64,000 bases of DNA from Trichosphaerium sp. ATCC 40318 (lineage: Eukaryota; Protista; Tubulinea): NCBI GenBank assembly GCA_038496445.1, contig JALMLS010000030.1, positions 136,516 through 200,515 on the forward strand, given 5' to 3'. A program made the position numbers and the translations under genes. Positions 1 through 11,623 of this stretch are shown here, in pieces (the first letter of the stretch is position 1; every line of letters begins with the position of its first letter). Below the pieces are notes generated by a model. It searched no databases. It was not told the origin of the DNA and saw nothing but the letters and a program-made list of their open reading frames with translations.

Positions 1-3000
1 AATGAGGAATCATACCTTGTTACTAATAATACGACCTTTAAATCTTTTTAAATTGGCATACAAACTCGCTGCTAGTGTATGAACACCTTAACAAAAAAAC
101 ATAAGCGAACTTAATCCAAAAAAAATTCAAAAAGGTCTCATCAAAACAAACGTACCAAACATTAGAAGGCTACCCTTCTTTCTATTTTGGTCAGCCAGAG
201 TTAAAGCATCTTTAAATAGGTTTTGAATTGCTTCAAATACTTTTTCAAACATGAAACCAGGTGCTTCTGTTGATTTTACATAAGACTTTCCTGCTTCATA
301 GAAAAATTCATAGACTTTATCCTTCTTTACTTCCATAGCAACTGCTTTTTTTAACTGTGTTTTAGCAAGTTCTACAAGAGTTTCACCAAGTCTAATAAAA
401 GATGCTTGAAACTTTGGGTTAATTTCAGAGGCCTCTTTGAATTTCTGACTGGCTCGCTCTAAAACTTTTTGAATGTCATTACCACGGAACATCTTGGCTT
501 GCTCCATAAGCACAGTACCTAAAAAATACATCAAAACACCTCCTCAATCAGCAAGAACATCTTTTCTTTTCATACAAAACCTGGGAAGACGTACCCCAGC
601 GATACATTGCCATGTAACTGTTTGGCTGTGACTGAAGCGCAAGAGAAAATTTACTAGCAGCTAGTTTGAGTAACCTTAACCTAGATAACTTCTTCTTCCT
701 TCTCGCCATGATTGCCAACGCCATACCCTCTTTAATAAGAAACAAGTAAGTACCATGCTATTTACACTCTCTGATAAAAAACAAAAAAAGAAAAGAAAAC
801 AGAACATACCAGCGTAATTCACAATATTAAGATGTTTTACTGTTGGATAGACTTCAAGAACATCTGAATCTACAAATTCGAATGTATCATGATTCTTTTT
901 TAAGTCTTCTAAAGAAGCAGCAGTCATAGCAACCTAAGAAATCATTAATTAGCACTTGTTAAAGAATACAAATTACCGTACCCCAAGAAGTTCATTTGTT
1001 CTATTAAAAAGTACAGGCATATTAAGCTTGCCTTGTAACCTTTTTATGTGCAAGTACTCTTCTTTAGGTGATAAAGCAAATCTGAATTTTTCAACCAACT
1101 TCGCTTTAATATGTCTCCATAACTAATAGATTATTACAATCACAAGCAATGCCAAGTGTTTGATTCAATTAAAAAAAAACAAGAATAAAATGGGAAAAGC
1201 ACTAGTTGTTAGTTATAAAGTTAAACGGTTGTAAAAAGGAAACGATAGTAAAACAGTTTATAAAGTAATTGTATGAAATAAGGAATAGTACCTCCATGCT
1301 TGCGTCACTTTTATCTTTGATTAAATTAAACAATGTAACAACAATACGCTATAACGCAAAGTCAAACAAACGTACTCAGTTAAAATATCTAGCATACCTT
1401 GAACGGCTCTTCAGATAAGACTTTAAGTTCACTTCTAGTCTGAGCAGCCGCTCTGAATTGAGCACGAACAATATCTTTAATTACACGAGCTACCATCTAC
1501 AGATAAAAAATGTTAACAGTGTTCGAACAGGTAGCCTTAGCTACAAATAACGCTAACCTCTACAAGTAGGAGTGATCGCATACGAGAGGAAGCACACTTG
1601 CGTCTTACATAACCCATATGTCTTATATTAATACCATACCGATGTAGCTCCTAAAGAGAAACGTAAGTAATGAGGATACATAATAAATTGGATTGTATCA
1701 GGTTGGTTTAGTCTTAAAAATAAATCATACCACGACTAGACTCAGACTGTCGTACACTCCTGATATCGTATTAGAAACATTCAAGTCACGCTCTAAGCTA
1801 CGCTCAGAAAAATAAATGTCCCTAAACATACAAGTCAACTACCAATAAAACTTGATGATTTTTGGATGAAATTTCCAATAATAAAAACATAAACCGTACT
1901 TTCTTCTTCGCTGTATGACTGCAAATTGTTGTGCAAAGCTCTCTCTATTTTTTAAAAATTTCTGGTTGGCCGATATATTAGGGTATAACGAATCCAGTCG
2001 CGCTGCAAACTCTGCCACAGTCTTTGTCAACAAAAACTTTGTTGCTTTCGCAACTTCATCATTATTTTCCTAAATATGTTAAGCGAAATGGAACCCAATC
2101 AAGTATAGATTTTACCTGAGCATGCAAGTCTACTTTTTGCCAACTTGTATACGCATCGCTGCACAAAGGTTTTTGCCATTTTATAACGAACTCTGGACGT
2201 AAAAGTTTATAGTATACTTGACGCTTATTGGTATATCTTGGATCATCGCTTGGCGCTTCTGGAGGGAAAGTACGTGCAAAATCAAGCAGATAAAATCGCC
2301 CATCAGTACCAAGATGACCTTCAAGGTCTCCTGCAGAGTGTAACTCGGACCAATCACTTGATGTACCAACACGATGTCCTTTCAAATTTAAAGTTTCAGC
2401 AGCTTGCTTTATCCTTCTATTCATTCTCGGGTTTTCACTGAACACATTCTGACCGCCATCACCAGAACCATATATAATCGTATCCTTATTAATAGGTAAC
2501 ATACATACAGCTGTAACACGGAAACCCTTGTAATCAATAACAGCCATCTAGTACACCATTAAATACACAAAAATAAAATTCTATGAAATTCAAGCTAAAT
2601 TTCAGTGAGTTTAAAAAAGACATACCAGAGGTACATGTAATCCCTTAATATTACATTCATAGTAACCCATTAAACCTTTAAGTTCATGGGAAGCAGATTT
2701 AAGAGCTTTTTCATCATCTCTCTTCTTTCCACCGTACATCCAAATTGTTGTTTTTTCGATCTTGTTATCTTCAGTAAGTTTGAACAGAATATTTTGACAT
2801 ATATATTTTCTAGTCACAGTATTAATACGTTGTGGTGACATAACCAAAAAACTTTTGATAAAGGCCACCCAATCTCAAAAATAATTTTTTTACTTTTTTA
2901 GTAATTTTTAGCCTATAAAACTTTGGACGTACTTTCCACCTGCTACTCCACCAAGGTATCCAGCAGGTTTTATTGTTTTTTGTTCATCAGGTAGTGAAAG

Positions 3001-3774
3001 CTCTGATATAATAATTTTTGCATAACTCAGTATTGTCAAGGAGCAACATCCATCAAAAGAAGAAAAAGAAAAAACTTCTACCAAAAAAAAAAAAATCAAT
3101 TAACTAACGGTTCATTTGAAACAGTTATTATGATGACAACCATGAACATATGATGTTATATTTTTCATGTAAGGATACGTTTGTGCAGCGTAAACAAAGT
3201 TATGCGCCAAATGAAAGAGTTTCTTATACTTCACCTCCGTATCAGGCAGTGCAAGATATTTTTGAAATTCTTCATTCCAGTCTTTTAATACTGCAGCACT
3301 CTCTTCGCTTGGGCAATGATTTTAGTACACGAAAAAACACTTTTTATCGCGTTAAGAATTTTTTATATTTGGTTCGTTATTTTTTTCACCAAAACGTATA
3401 AATTACGTACCGACACGATTGAATAAACGCTGCTAGCTTATCGGCGAATGATTCTGGTTGTTTATTCTTTTCCTTTGCTACTTTGGTTACAAAAGCACGT
3501 AATTGGGATTCATCCAGGCTCTTGAGCAGTAACTCGACTTGTTCGTCTTCTTTATTTGGTTTTGCGTCTGCTACAGCAAAATGTCGTTACAATCGGTTAA
3601 ATACATACCAAATGCTTTCGTACACGCTGAGAAACTGTATTTTGATAAATCTGGATCTAAAACGTAAGTGCTGTCATCGTCTGAGGCATAACCATCGTTA
3701 TAGTTGGTTTGTAGGCCTCCTGCGTATATTTGGTTTGTGTGCTTTGACAAATGCGTGGTATAATTGTCGCTCAT
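1..3774 (-). CDS. Clu (clustered mitochondria/eIF3-p135 central) domain protein with C-terminal TPR-like repeats; multi-exon, 3' end beyond window start
   Basis: Spliced exons give DWNEEFQ, TYAKIIISEL, GGVAGGKKYICQNILFK, SASHELKGL, PLMAVIDYKGFRVTA and DLEGHLGTDGRFYLLDFARTFPPE, all typical of the Clu domain; helical TPR-like exons at 127-745. Confidence 0.8.
3026..3178 (-). other. U12-type (minor spliceosome) GT-AG intron
   Basis: Donor GTATCCTTAC, branch site TCCTTGAC (3042-3035) just upstream of the AG, no polypyrimidine tract; splicing restores AQ-T-YAKIIISE. Confidence 0.75.
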
Positions 3775-4120
3775 CTCGCTACGACATCAAAGAACGCGGC
3801 GTAGACAGTAGTCTCGCGTGACGTATCAGAATAGTACAAATTCACGCCAGATGCACATTGACCAACACATGTCGGCACTTTGTTATTTTTTTCTTCGCCT
3901 GGTTTCCTACATGCGTTTTGTGATGGCTCAAACTTACGTGTCATTTCTAGCGATAAATTACTACTCTTTTACAAAATGCAACTAAGGCGTAGATTGTTAT
4001 AATAATTTTAGTACATACGCGCTAACGCGATTTTTAAGGGTTAATGTTGAGTTATCTTTACAATAAGCCAACAAGTGTTTTTGGTTTGCCACCAGGTCTT
4101 CGTTTGTTCCTCCGCGTGGT

Positions 4121-4408
4121 TTAACCGCGTTGGCCTTCCATTTGGGCTCGAATATCTGCCGTAATTTGTATTTCGATAGCTGCTGCCATTACAAGAGGTA
4201 CTGAGAGTACTACGAAGCCAGTAGAAAAGCACCAGAAAAACTTATAACCAGTTGAAATCAAATATTGACCAGTGGCCATCAAAGAACGTATTGTGCTATT
4301 GTAAGCGTTGAATATAGAAAATACGCCAGTGAATGGAGCTGGTTTTTTTGGTTTATCCTTCCACAAGCTACCGGTTTTTAGACCTGGTTTCATAAGAGCG
4401 GATGCCAT
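4121..4408 (-). CDS. TOM22: Tom22/Tom9-like mitochondrial outer-membrane import receptor (95 aa, intronless)
   Basis: Transmembrane motif FWCFSTGFVVLSVPLVMAAAIE resembles the Tom22 W-x2-S-T-x6-P pattern; short basic N-terminal domain; ATG at 4408. Confidence 0.6.
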   Translation of the reverse strand: MASALMKPGLKTGSLWKDKPKKPAPFTGVFSIFNAYNSTIRSLMATGQYLISTGYKFFWCFSTGFVVLSVPLVMAAAIEIQITADIRAQMEGQRG

Positions 4409-4925
4409 TTTGTATGAGTTCACTAGCAAGAGATAAACGCAAGAATGAAAAAGGTTAAGTCGTGCGCCTAAGAACGCGACGAACTCAAAGACTAATGTCT
4501 GAGTGCCCAAAACAGCAAATTAAGAAGCTTTTTGGAGTACACGCACCTGGTTTTAAATTATCAAAGAAGGCACCGCTTTTTGTACGTTTAGCCAATTGTA
4601 CCCTCTGGCAAATGTGTATTAATGGTTACAGGCGTATTTGAACTATCTGGTGTTTGTAAAAAAATTAACAGCCGAAATAGACGCTCAAGTTGCTCGAGAT
4701 ACCACAGACGACGTTTACACAGAGCACGTAGAACTTGCGTTAAAGGTTGTCACCGTTTGTTATTTGGCGCGTTTATTAATGTTCAAATAGAAAGTTCTAC
4801 GCGAAATGAAGGCATAAACAGCAGTTTCGAAGCGAGAAAAAAATTACAGCAACAGTTGTACTTGAACAAACCTAAAACGCGCTTTGGCTGAAGCGAAGGA
4901 TACCAACCTTTATTGTACATACTCA

Positions 4926-5668
4926 CTAAGATAAAAAGATGTGATTTAGACCAAGATAATTGAATGTTTTTGGATGCTTCTTCATAAATGTAATGAGCTC
5001 TTCAGGTGTCAACATCCCGTCACCATTTGAATCTACCTTTGAAAATATTTGCTCTACAACCTTCTCTGGACTATTAAGTTGTTCGGCTACAACGTCCTCC
5101 ATCCCAGGATAATGTTTAAAGAGCAGTTCAACAGCATGAAGCACTTCGCTTCGCGTAAGGTGTCCATCATTATTTACATCTAAAGAACGGAAACAAAACA
5201 ATAACTTTTCTTCAGGGTTATCACTTGAGCTTAAACTGATAGCTACCAGAGGGAGTTAGACGCACGTCTAGATATCCAGTTTTTTAAAAGCACGTGTTTG
5301 GTAACAGGTTCAATTAATTTGTAGTTTTTGTAAGCAACAATGTGAAAAGATTAAAGGACAAGTACTTTTGGGCTGGACAATATCGTACCTATCATAAACT
5401 CTCGAAAATCAATACCTCCACTATTGTCTGTGTCAAAAGCGTTAAAAAGTCTGTCTATGAGCATAGGAGAGCGTTGATTCTCTGGTAAGAAGTCTCCTAC
5501 CATCCTAGCAAAGCCAGCTTTGTCTATTTCTCCATTAGGGTAATCCCTCTTAAATTCTTTGTAAGAATGCGCTAGATCCTCTTTTGACATAGATGTAAGC
5601 TTCTGTGTTGAACGTAAGAGTTTTATTTCCTTCGCTGTAAGTTTGTCGTTGGTGTTTTTATTGCCCAT
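4926..5668 (-). CDS. Neuronal calcium sensor/frequenin-like myristoylated EF-hand protein (2 exons)
   Basis: MGNKNT myristoylation start; EF loops DTDNSGGIDFREF, DVNNDGHLTRSEV, DSNGDGMLTPEEL; one GT-AG intron at about 5388-5246. Confidence 0.85.
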
Positions 5669-5907
5669 TTTTACTACTGACGTTGTTCAAATTGTATCTC
5701 ATACGAAAAAGGGCGGTTTAAATGTCACTAAACGCAATTAATGTGAAGATTGTTAATAAGTCGCTTTAAAAATGCGTGGTAGTACCTAAAACGAACTCTT
5801 CCGCGAAAGAGTTGTCTAAACACAAGATACAAAGAATTAAAAAGATCAGACCTTTTTTGACCTTATTAGTCTAACGTCGATTGGATTCGCTGCTTTTGGT
5901 CTCTGCG

Positions 5908-8900
5908 ATGCATAAACTATGGCTGGGTGTGAAATGCACTACATGGAAAGATTTTGACACGCTATGCTGTGTAAGAGGCGTTAAAACTTTTAAACGAGCG
6001 TCAGAAGATCAAATACATAACTTACCGAGTTTAAAGGGTTTTGTAACGAAGGTACAATTTCACATTCATTAAAACACCAACACGTTACAGCTAGGTAACG
6101 CTCTGAACCTAAAAACGCCGAAAGACTGGTATAGAATTAAATTCACAGATGTCATCGCAAATGGCGGTAAAAGCTTGCTATTGTACGTCACTACATCAAT
6201 ATTAGCTTGCAGTGGGCGGTATCGGCTCACTGGAGATTATAGAACTTATGACAATGATCTGCATAAAATGTTGTCTTTGTCTTTACCTCATCATGAATGG
6301 GACCCATGGCTTTTCGGTACGCTCTAATATTGTTGTATAGCAAGATCTTAATGTATTCTTTCAAAAAGACACAAAGCCACATGGATTCTGGGAGTGTCCT
6401 GATAACCGTACAGGTTATTTCCGTTGGGTAAATAAGCTCATTTTATGGTTTCTTATTTTTTTACGGTTTTTGAGTTAATGGAGTTTAGTTGGAACAAAAA
6501 CTCTGTATAGAGCACCCAGCGGATTGGGAAAATATCAGTGTTGCCGATGTAAATAAATTAGGTGGTAGAGATTTCTTAACGCACGTGATTTGTAACAATT
6601 TTGACGAAAAAACCTTGAAGTTAATTTCTAGTTGTAGGGATTATATGCACTCTGTACACGGTATGGTGAGTCATTTCTACCCCACAAATATATGGCATCC
6701 TTGGAAATTTAGTAAGTATTTCTTGCGAATCATTCTTTGGTGTTAACATTTTGATGAGATGGTAAGGTTGCAGATAAATATTGGGATGATGAAGAAAATA
6801 CTTTGACCTTTGTTATTGAAGTTAGTTACTTTTTTGATTGTTACCTTCAATCTGACATCTGACTGTTGGTTAGTTTGAACGGTTTTATAGTATAAAAGAA
6901 TTAGATGACTACTATAAATTCACACAACAACATGTTCTAGATATAGGTGGAAATAGTCTAATGATGTAAGATCTTTTAGTGTTATCATTTTTAATTAGAT
7001 TCTTAAAGGAAGTTCGCAAGTTTCCAATACATCGTCAATTATTTCTATCCTGATAAATACTGGTGTCCTTGGAAATTTGGTTAGTGATCATTAAAGGTTC
7101 TTCTATTTCACCTCTTAACACTCACTAGTAAGTGTCACGCGGAATTTTTGGACGCAGGAAGAAAATCAAATAGCATTTTTGAGACATGTAAGTTGATGGT
7201 ACCATAGTGTCTATTCATCAATGTGACCGCTATAGGTTGAGACTAAGAAAGGGTTAAAAGTACCTGAAGATTGGTATGGTATTAATACGACTGATATAGT
7301 AGATTTGAGTGGTTCAGGACTTATATTTAGGTTCGTTTTTTTGAAACTAGTATTTATATGTTATGTCTTACCAAATAGTTTATTTAACGGTTCAGTGATT
7401 GGTTTGGTGTCACAGTTTTATCCTGAAATAAAGTGGGATATAAAAGGATTCAGTACGTGTTAAATCATGGTAGTTGAGTACTCAACCTTTCAGAACGTGT
7501 TAGTGCAAACTATTGGAAACAAGAAGAGAATCAGCAGGAATTTATGAGAAAGGTTCTTTGTTTTATTACCACAAAAGATAACGATACCTAGGTCGAAGAA
7601 AAGCTTAATATAAACAAAGTATCTGACTGGTACAATGTAAACACTGTTGATATTCGGGATCTTGGTGGATCTGGATTAATAAGGCAGCCATTTTACAAAA
7701 ACCAAATCTTGTGTCAAACTTTTTTTCTGACTAAATCTAATAGTCACTTTGGCTCAATATCAGCTCTTGTTGGTAACTTATATACAGAATTTGATTGGAA
7801 AAAGAGTCGTAGAACTGATTCACAATCAAAAACGCGCATAGCAGCTCAAAAACGATTTATAAATCAGGTACATTACATGGTGAACCTTTCAGTGTGTTAA
7901 CATAATTATAGCTTGAGCAGAGATTAGGTATTGAAGAGCCAGATGAATGGTATGGTGTGACTTATGCAGAGGTTTATCAATGTGATGATTTGGGTTTCTT
8001 GAGGTAAGTTCTTGGACAGTAACTCCTCTTATTGACTAAACGGCTGTAGAAATTTTGATGGTTCTTTGTACAAAGTGTTAAAAAATGTTTACCCTAATGT
8101 TGATTGGGTAGCATCGAAGTTTAAAAGTACTGTTTGCGTTATTCTTAACTCAAATAATAGTAATAATATACCATAGGTATGTCTGATCACGGACTTTCTT
8201 GGGCTGTCCATGAGAACAAGAAACTTCTGTTGAAAGAGGCAAGTTTTTTGGTGGTTGTCTACTTTTGCTTGCTGTTTACTATAACTGTGTTATTCTTACT
8301 CATACAAGACTGAAAAACGGCTTAAAGTTCAAAAACCTGAAGATTGGTACAAAGTACGACATGAGGACCTTAGACTAGCCGGAGCATCTCGTCTAAGATC
8401 GTATGTTGAGCAGCCCTTTATTTAGCTTGTTTTCAGTTAAACCTAACCCTGTTATTAGATTTGGGACTTTACCTGTCATGCTACAAAACTTTTATCCAGA
8501 CTATGAATGGGACGTTAGTCGATTCAAGACAAATAAACGTGAGTATCCCATTTAGAAATGAAAAAAAACCGGTTTTTTACCTCGTCTGGTTTTCTGGTTT
8601 TGACGTCATTGCGTGGCAATGCAATTCACTTGCTATATTGGCACCAAAACCAGTCGGTCCATCCAAACTCCAAACCAGTCAAATCAGTCTTGGTATCACA
8701 AAGCATTGTCTTTTTTTTTAACACTCTTTTTTTTCAGAAACTGTACCAGCTAATTTTTGGCGTGATACTGGGAATGTTAGTGCCTTTTTAGACGATGCTG
8801 CAAAGAAATTACGCCTAAAAACACTTATGGAGTGGTATGATGTATCTCCAAATACTGATTTTGAGCGTATGGGTGTAAAAGGACTTACACAATATTGGCC

Positions 8901-9093
8901 AGATATTCTTGGTGTCATTTATCCTAAATTTAATTGGGACTTTAGTTTGTTCGCTAAGAAAGATAAACGTGCTAATCAAAGGTATTCTTTGATATTTGTT
9001 TACTTCTCAATATATTTTACTTTCTCACCAACAATGCTTAGATGGGTAGTCCTTGGTTTGAGTGACTTGTTCCAAAAACAAAAGAGAACCTAG
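5908..9093 (+). CDS. Hypothetical protein with eight tandem ~70-aa repeats (DWY..GG.LL..Y.S..YP..W.PWKF..P..FW); about 20 introns
   Basis: Repeat cores KDWY, ADWE, DDYY, EDWY, SDWY, DEWY, EDWY, MEWY; introns recur at the same repeat positions; ends ANQRWVVLGLSDLFQKQKRT*. Confidence 0.7.
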
Positions 9094-9523
9094 AGGTAAA
9101 ATGAATGAAGAACCTGAAAGAAGACATGCCGTGGGATGTTGCACTACCACATAAAATGTGGTATTAGTGGTAGTTTATTGGCAATTTGGGTGATTAGCGG
9201 CAATTCAATGTCTTAGTAATGGCTGCTAGTCATATAGGAACGAGCAACTCATACAAACAGCCAAGTTAGCTTTTCACTAAGTGTTAAAGAGAAAGCTTTA
9301 TTGAGACTAACATAATTCCGAGCTAGTATTCGTCAACTTCAGCTTTAAAGGATGCAAGAATGAATCACGTATAGCAAACAGAGATTCCTATTCTATAAAA
9401 AAAGGTGCTTGTACAACACTTGGAAAAGACTGTCTTTCAGGCAATAAACACAGCAAGTGATACAAAAAACAACTTTGTAATAAAGCAATATGGAAGGAGT
9501 TCTTTGTTGATACATCGTAGTTG

Positions 9524-9993
9524 TCATTGGTTGTTAAGGGTTAAAAACACTTTTTTAGATATCACGTGATAGTTATATACATCTGTTATTTTAACATTAT
9601 CGTTCTCCATCCACTTTGACAAGATTTTATTCTCGTATCGGAAACGTTGCATGTGATATGTTTCATCGATCAAAACACAATGGTCAAACATCAAAGAAGC
9701 CATTTCTTCGTTTGTATCAATATCAAACGCCCCTAAGTTACCATGCATGTTTCTGTGTATAAATTTGCATTCACCTACGTGATCATCACGATCCACACCC
9801 AGATACGAGTTGGTCTGTATTTGTATCAACAGTTTTTTTACAACATCCATTGGAATCGAAAAAAACCAACATTTCAAAGAAGTATCATACTTTGAACATG
9901 TTACGAAATTGTAGTTCAGACACGGCAATGTATTTTCTACACTTTAATACTTCACAAGGGACATGGACGCTACAGATGTGATGTCACTGACAT
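9524..9993 (-). CDS. Hypothetical protein (~145 aa), start uncertain
   Basis: 134-codon open exon followed by an AT-rich 3' region; ATG at 9993 joins through a possible 32-nt GT-AG intron; no recognisable motif. Confidence 0.35.
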
Positions 9994-10786
9994 TGTCTTA
10001 TTTCTGTAGCTATTTATGACATGTTTACACTTGATCTTCTAAAGATTGCTGTGTTTTCACTCGTGGCGCGTGACCCTCTAGTTTTTTTGGGCGTTCAGTG
10101 ATTACCGGGTCGCTATGCGCTTAACTCAAGTGTTAATATTGCTTGCAACTAAAGGCTGTAGTATCTATATGCGAAAGCTACTTACAAAGGCGTTGGTAGC
10201 AGTAAACAAAATAAAATCGTCAACAAGCAATGAAGTAACGTACGTTTATGTGTGAAACGCAACCCCTAGGTATTTCCCGGCTGTTTTACCGAATGGGTTG
10301 TTTGTTATTTCTGGATTTGATCAAATTGCCATCTAACGCGTCGTAGGGATAGTAAACCTTGTTATTTATTCGAATTGCTACCTCCTGAGGTGTATCACAT
10401 CATTATAAGCTTATATCCTCCATTGGCTGATACATGGAATAAATTATGCGTCCATAGCGCTATATCTACGCGATATAGGTACGCAACGTCATATTACGAT
10501 AAGAAAGGCCTACAAAAACGAACAACAAACTAAAAACAGCCTAAACTGCTCGTATTTATTCATCCATCTTGTTGCACTTTTTACAATGTGTCAACAAAAT
10601 GTAAAACGCCATTTTGACATAAGTTTTTATTTTCTTCGTAGCTTTAGTCAACTCAAATCCACGCTGAAAAAATTTTACAAAACAGAAAAATAAGCTATGT
10701 TTCGTGTTTTTTTGATGTTCGTTAACCGTAATGAGCTTTCGCTTGCATTTTTTTATTCTTTATTTATTAACTTTGTTTTCTAAAGG

Positions 10787-11224
10787 TTGTTTGAAGGCGA
10801 ACTTGTGAAGCATGGTACTTTCAAACAATGGTACAGATGTAAGAACTCACCACTTAAGTTTGAAGGACAATTTATAGATGGTAAGCCAATAGGAGAACAT
10901 ATATCATACTTTCCAGGTGGTAGAGTAAAATCACATTGTATCTTTACAAAGCATGGTATAAAAGATAAGAAAAAAAGAAGAAACATTGGTGTATATAAGT
11001 CATACTTTCACACAGGTGAAGTTAAGTCAATATATCATTATAAAAATGGATCACTTAGTGGAACTTTTGAATCTTGGTATATAAATGGTTCTAAGCATGA
11101 AAGTGGTAGTTATCTTTATGGTAAGAAGGAAGGGATATGGGAAAGATGGAGTAGAACTGGACATCAAACTGGAAAAGCAAAGTTTAGTTTTGGTAGATTT
11201 ATACCAGGAGGTGCGCATCACTAA
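10787..11224 (+). CDS. MORN-variant (YwqK-like) repeat protein; 5' exon(s) not resolved
   Basis: Repeated G.F..WY..G.....G.Y..GK..G units; acceptor ctaaag immediately upstream. Confidence 0.7.
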   Translation: MFEGELVKHGTFKQWYRCKNSPLKFEGQFIDGKPIGEHISYFPGGRVKSHCIFTKHGIKDKKKRRNIGVYKSYFHTGEVKSIYHYKNGSLSGTFESWYINGSKHESGSYLYGKKEGIWERWSRTGHQTGKAKFSFGRFIPGGAHH

Positions 11225-11623
11225 GGATGCATAATATTTCTGCACTTTCACCGAGTCGTTCGTCAAAAAACCCTTGTAAATAAAAATACTGTTCTACTAT
11301 ATTTTGATGCCTAGCCTTTTGTAAAATAATATGCCCCGCGTCTATTGTCCACTGTCAACCTCATATGTAGTGTGATTTAGGCCTTCATAGGGTGGCCATA
11401 CCTACGCCAGCATACATACACGCCATCACAGCTGGCACTGTAAATAGTTTTCGATCTTTCTTCTGGTTCTTGATTTAAGCTGTGGATTGGTGTTGGTATA
11501 CACTGGGCAATTTGTTGAATACGCTAGTGTTGTGCCCATTAACACTATTTTGGTATCACTGTAAAAATATTGCAGCTTTAATCCACAATGATATTAAAAC
11601 CAAACAGATTGAAAAGATTTACT

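Noticed and set aside
10787-11224. YwqK antitoxin of a bacterial toxin-antitoxin pair
   Set aside because: No adjacent toxin gene, eukaryotic context and an upstream splice acceptor; only the repeat fold is shared
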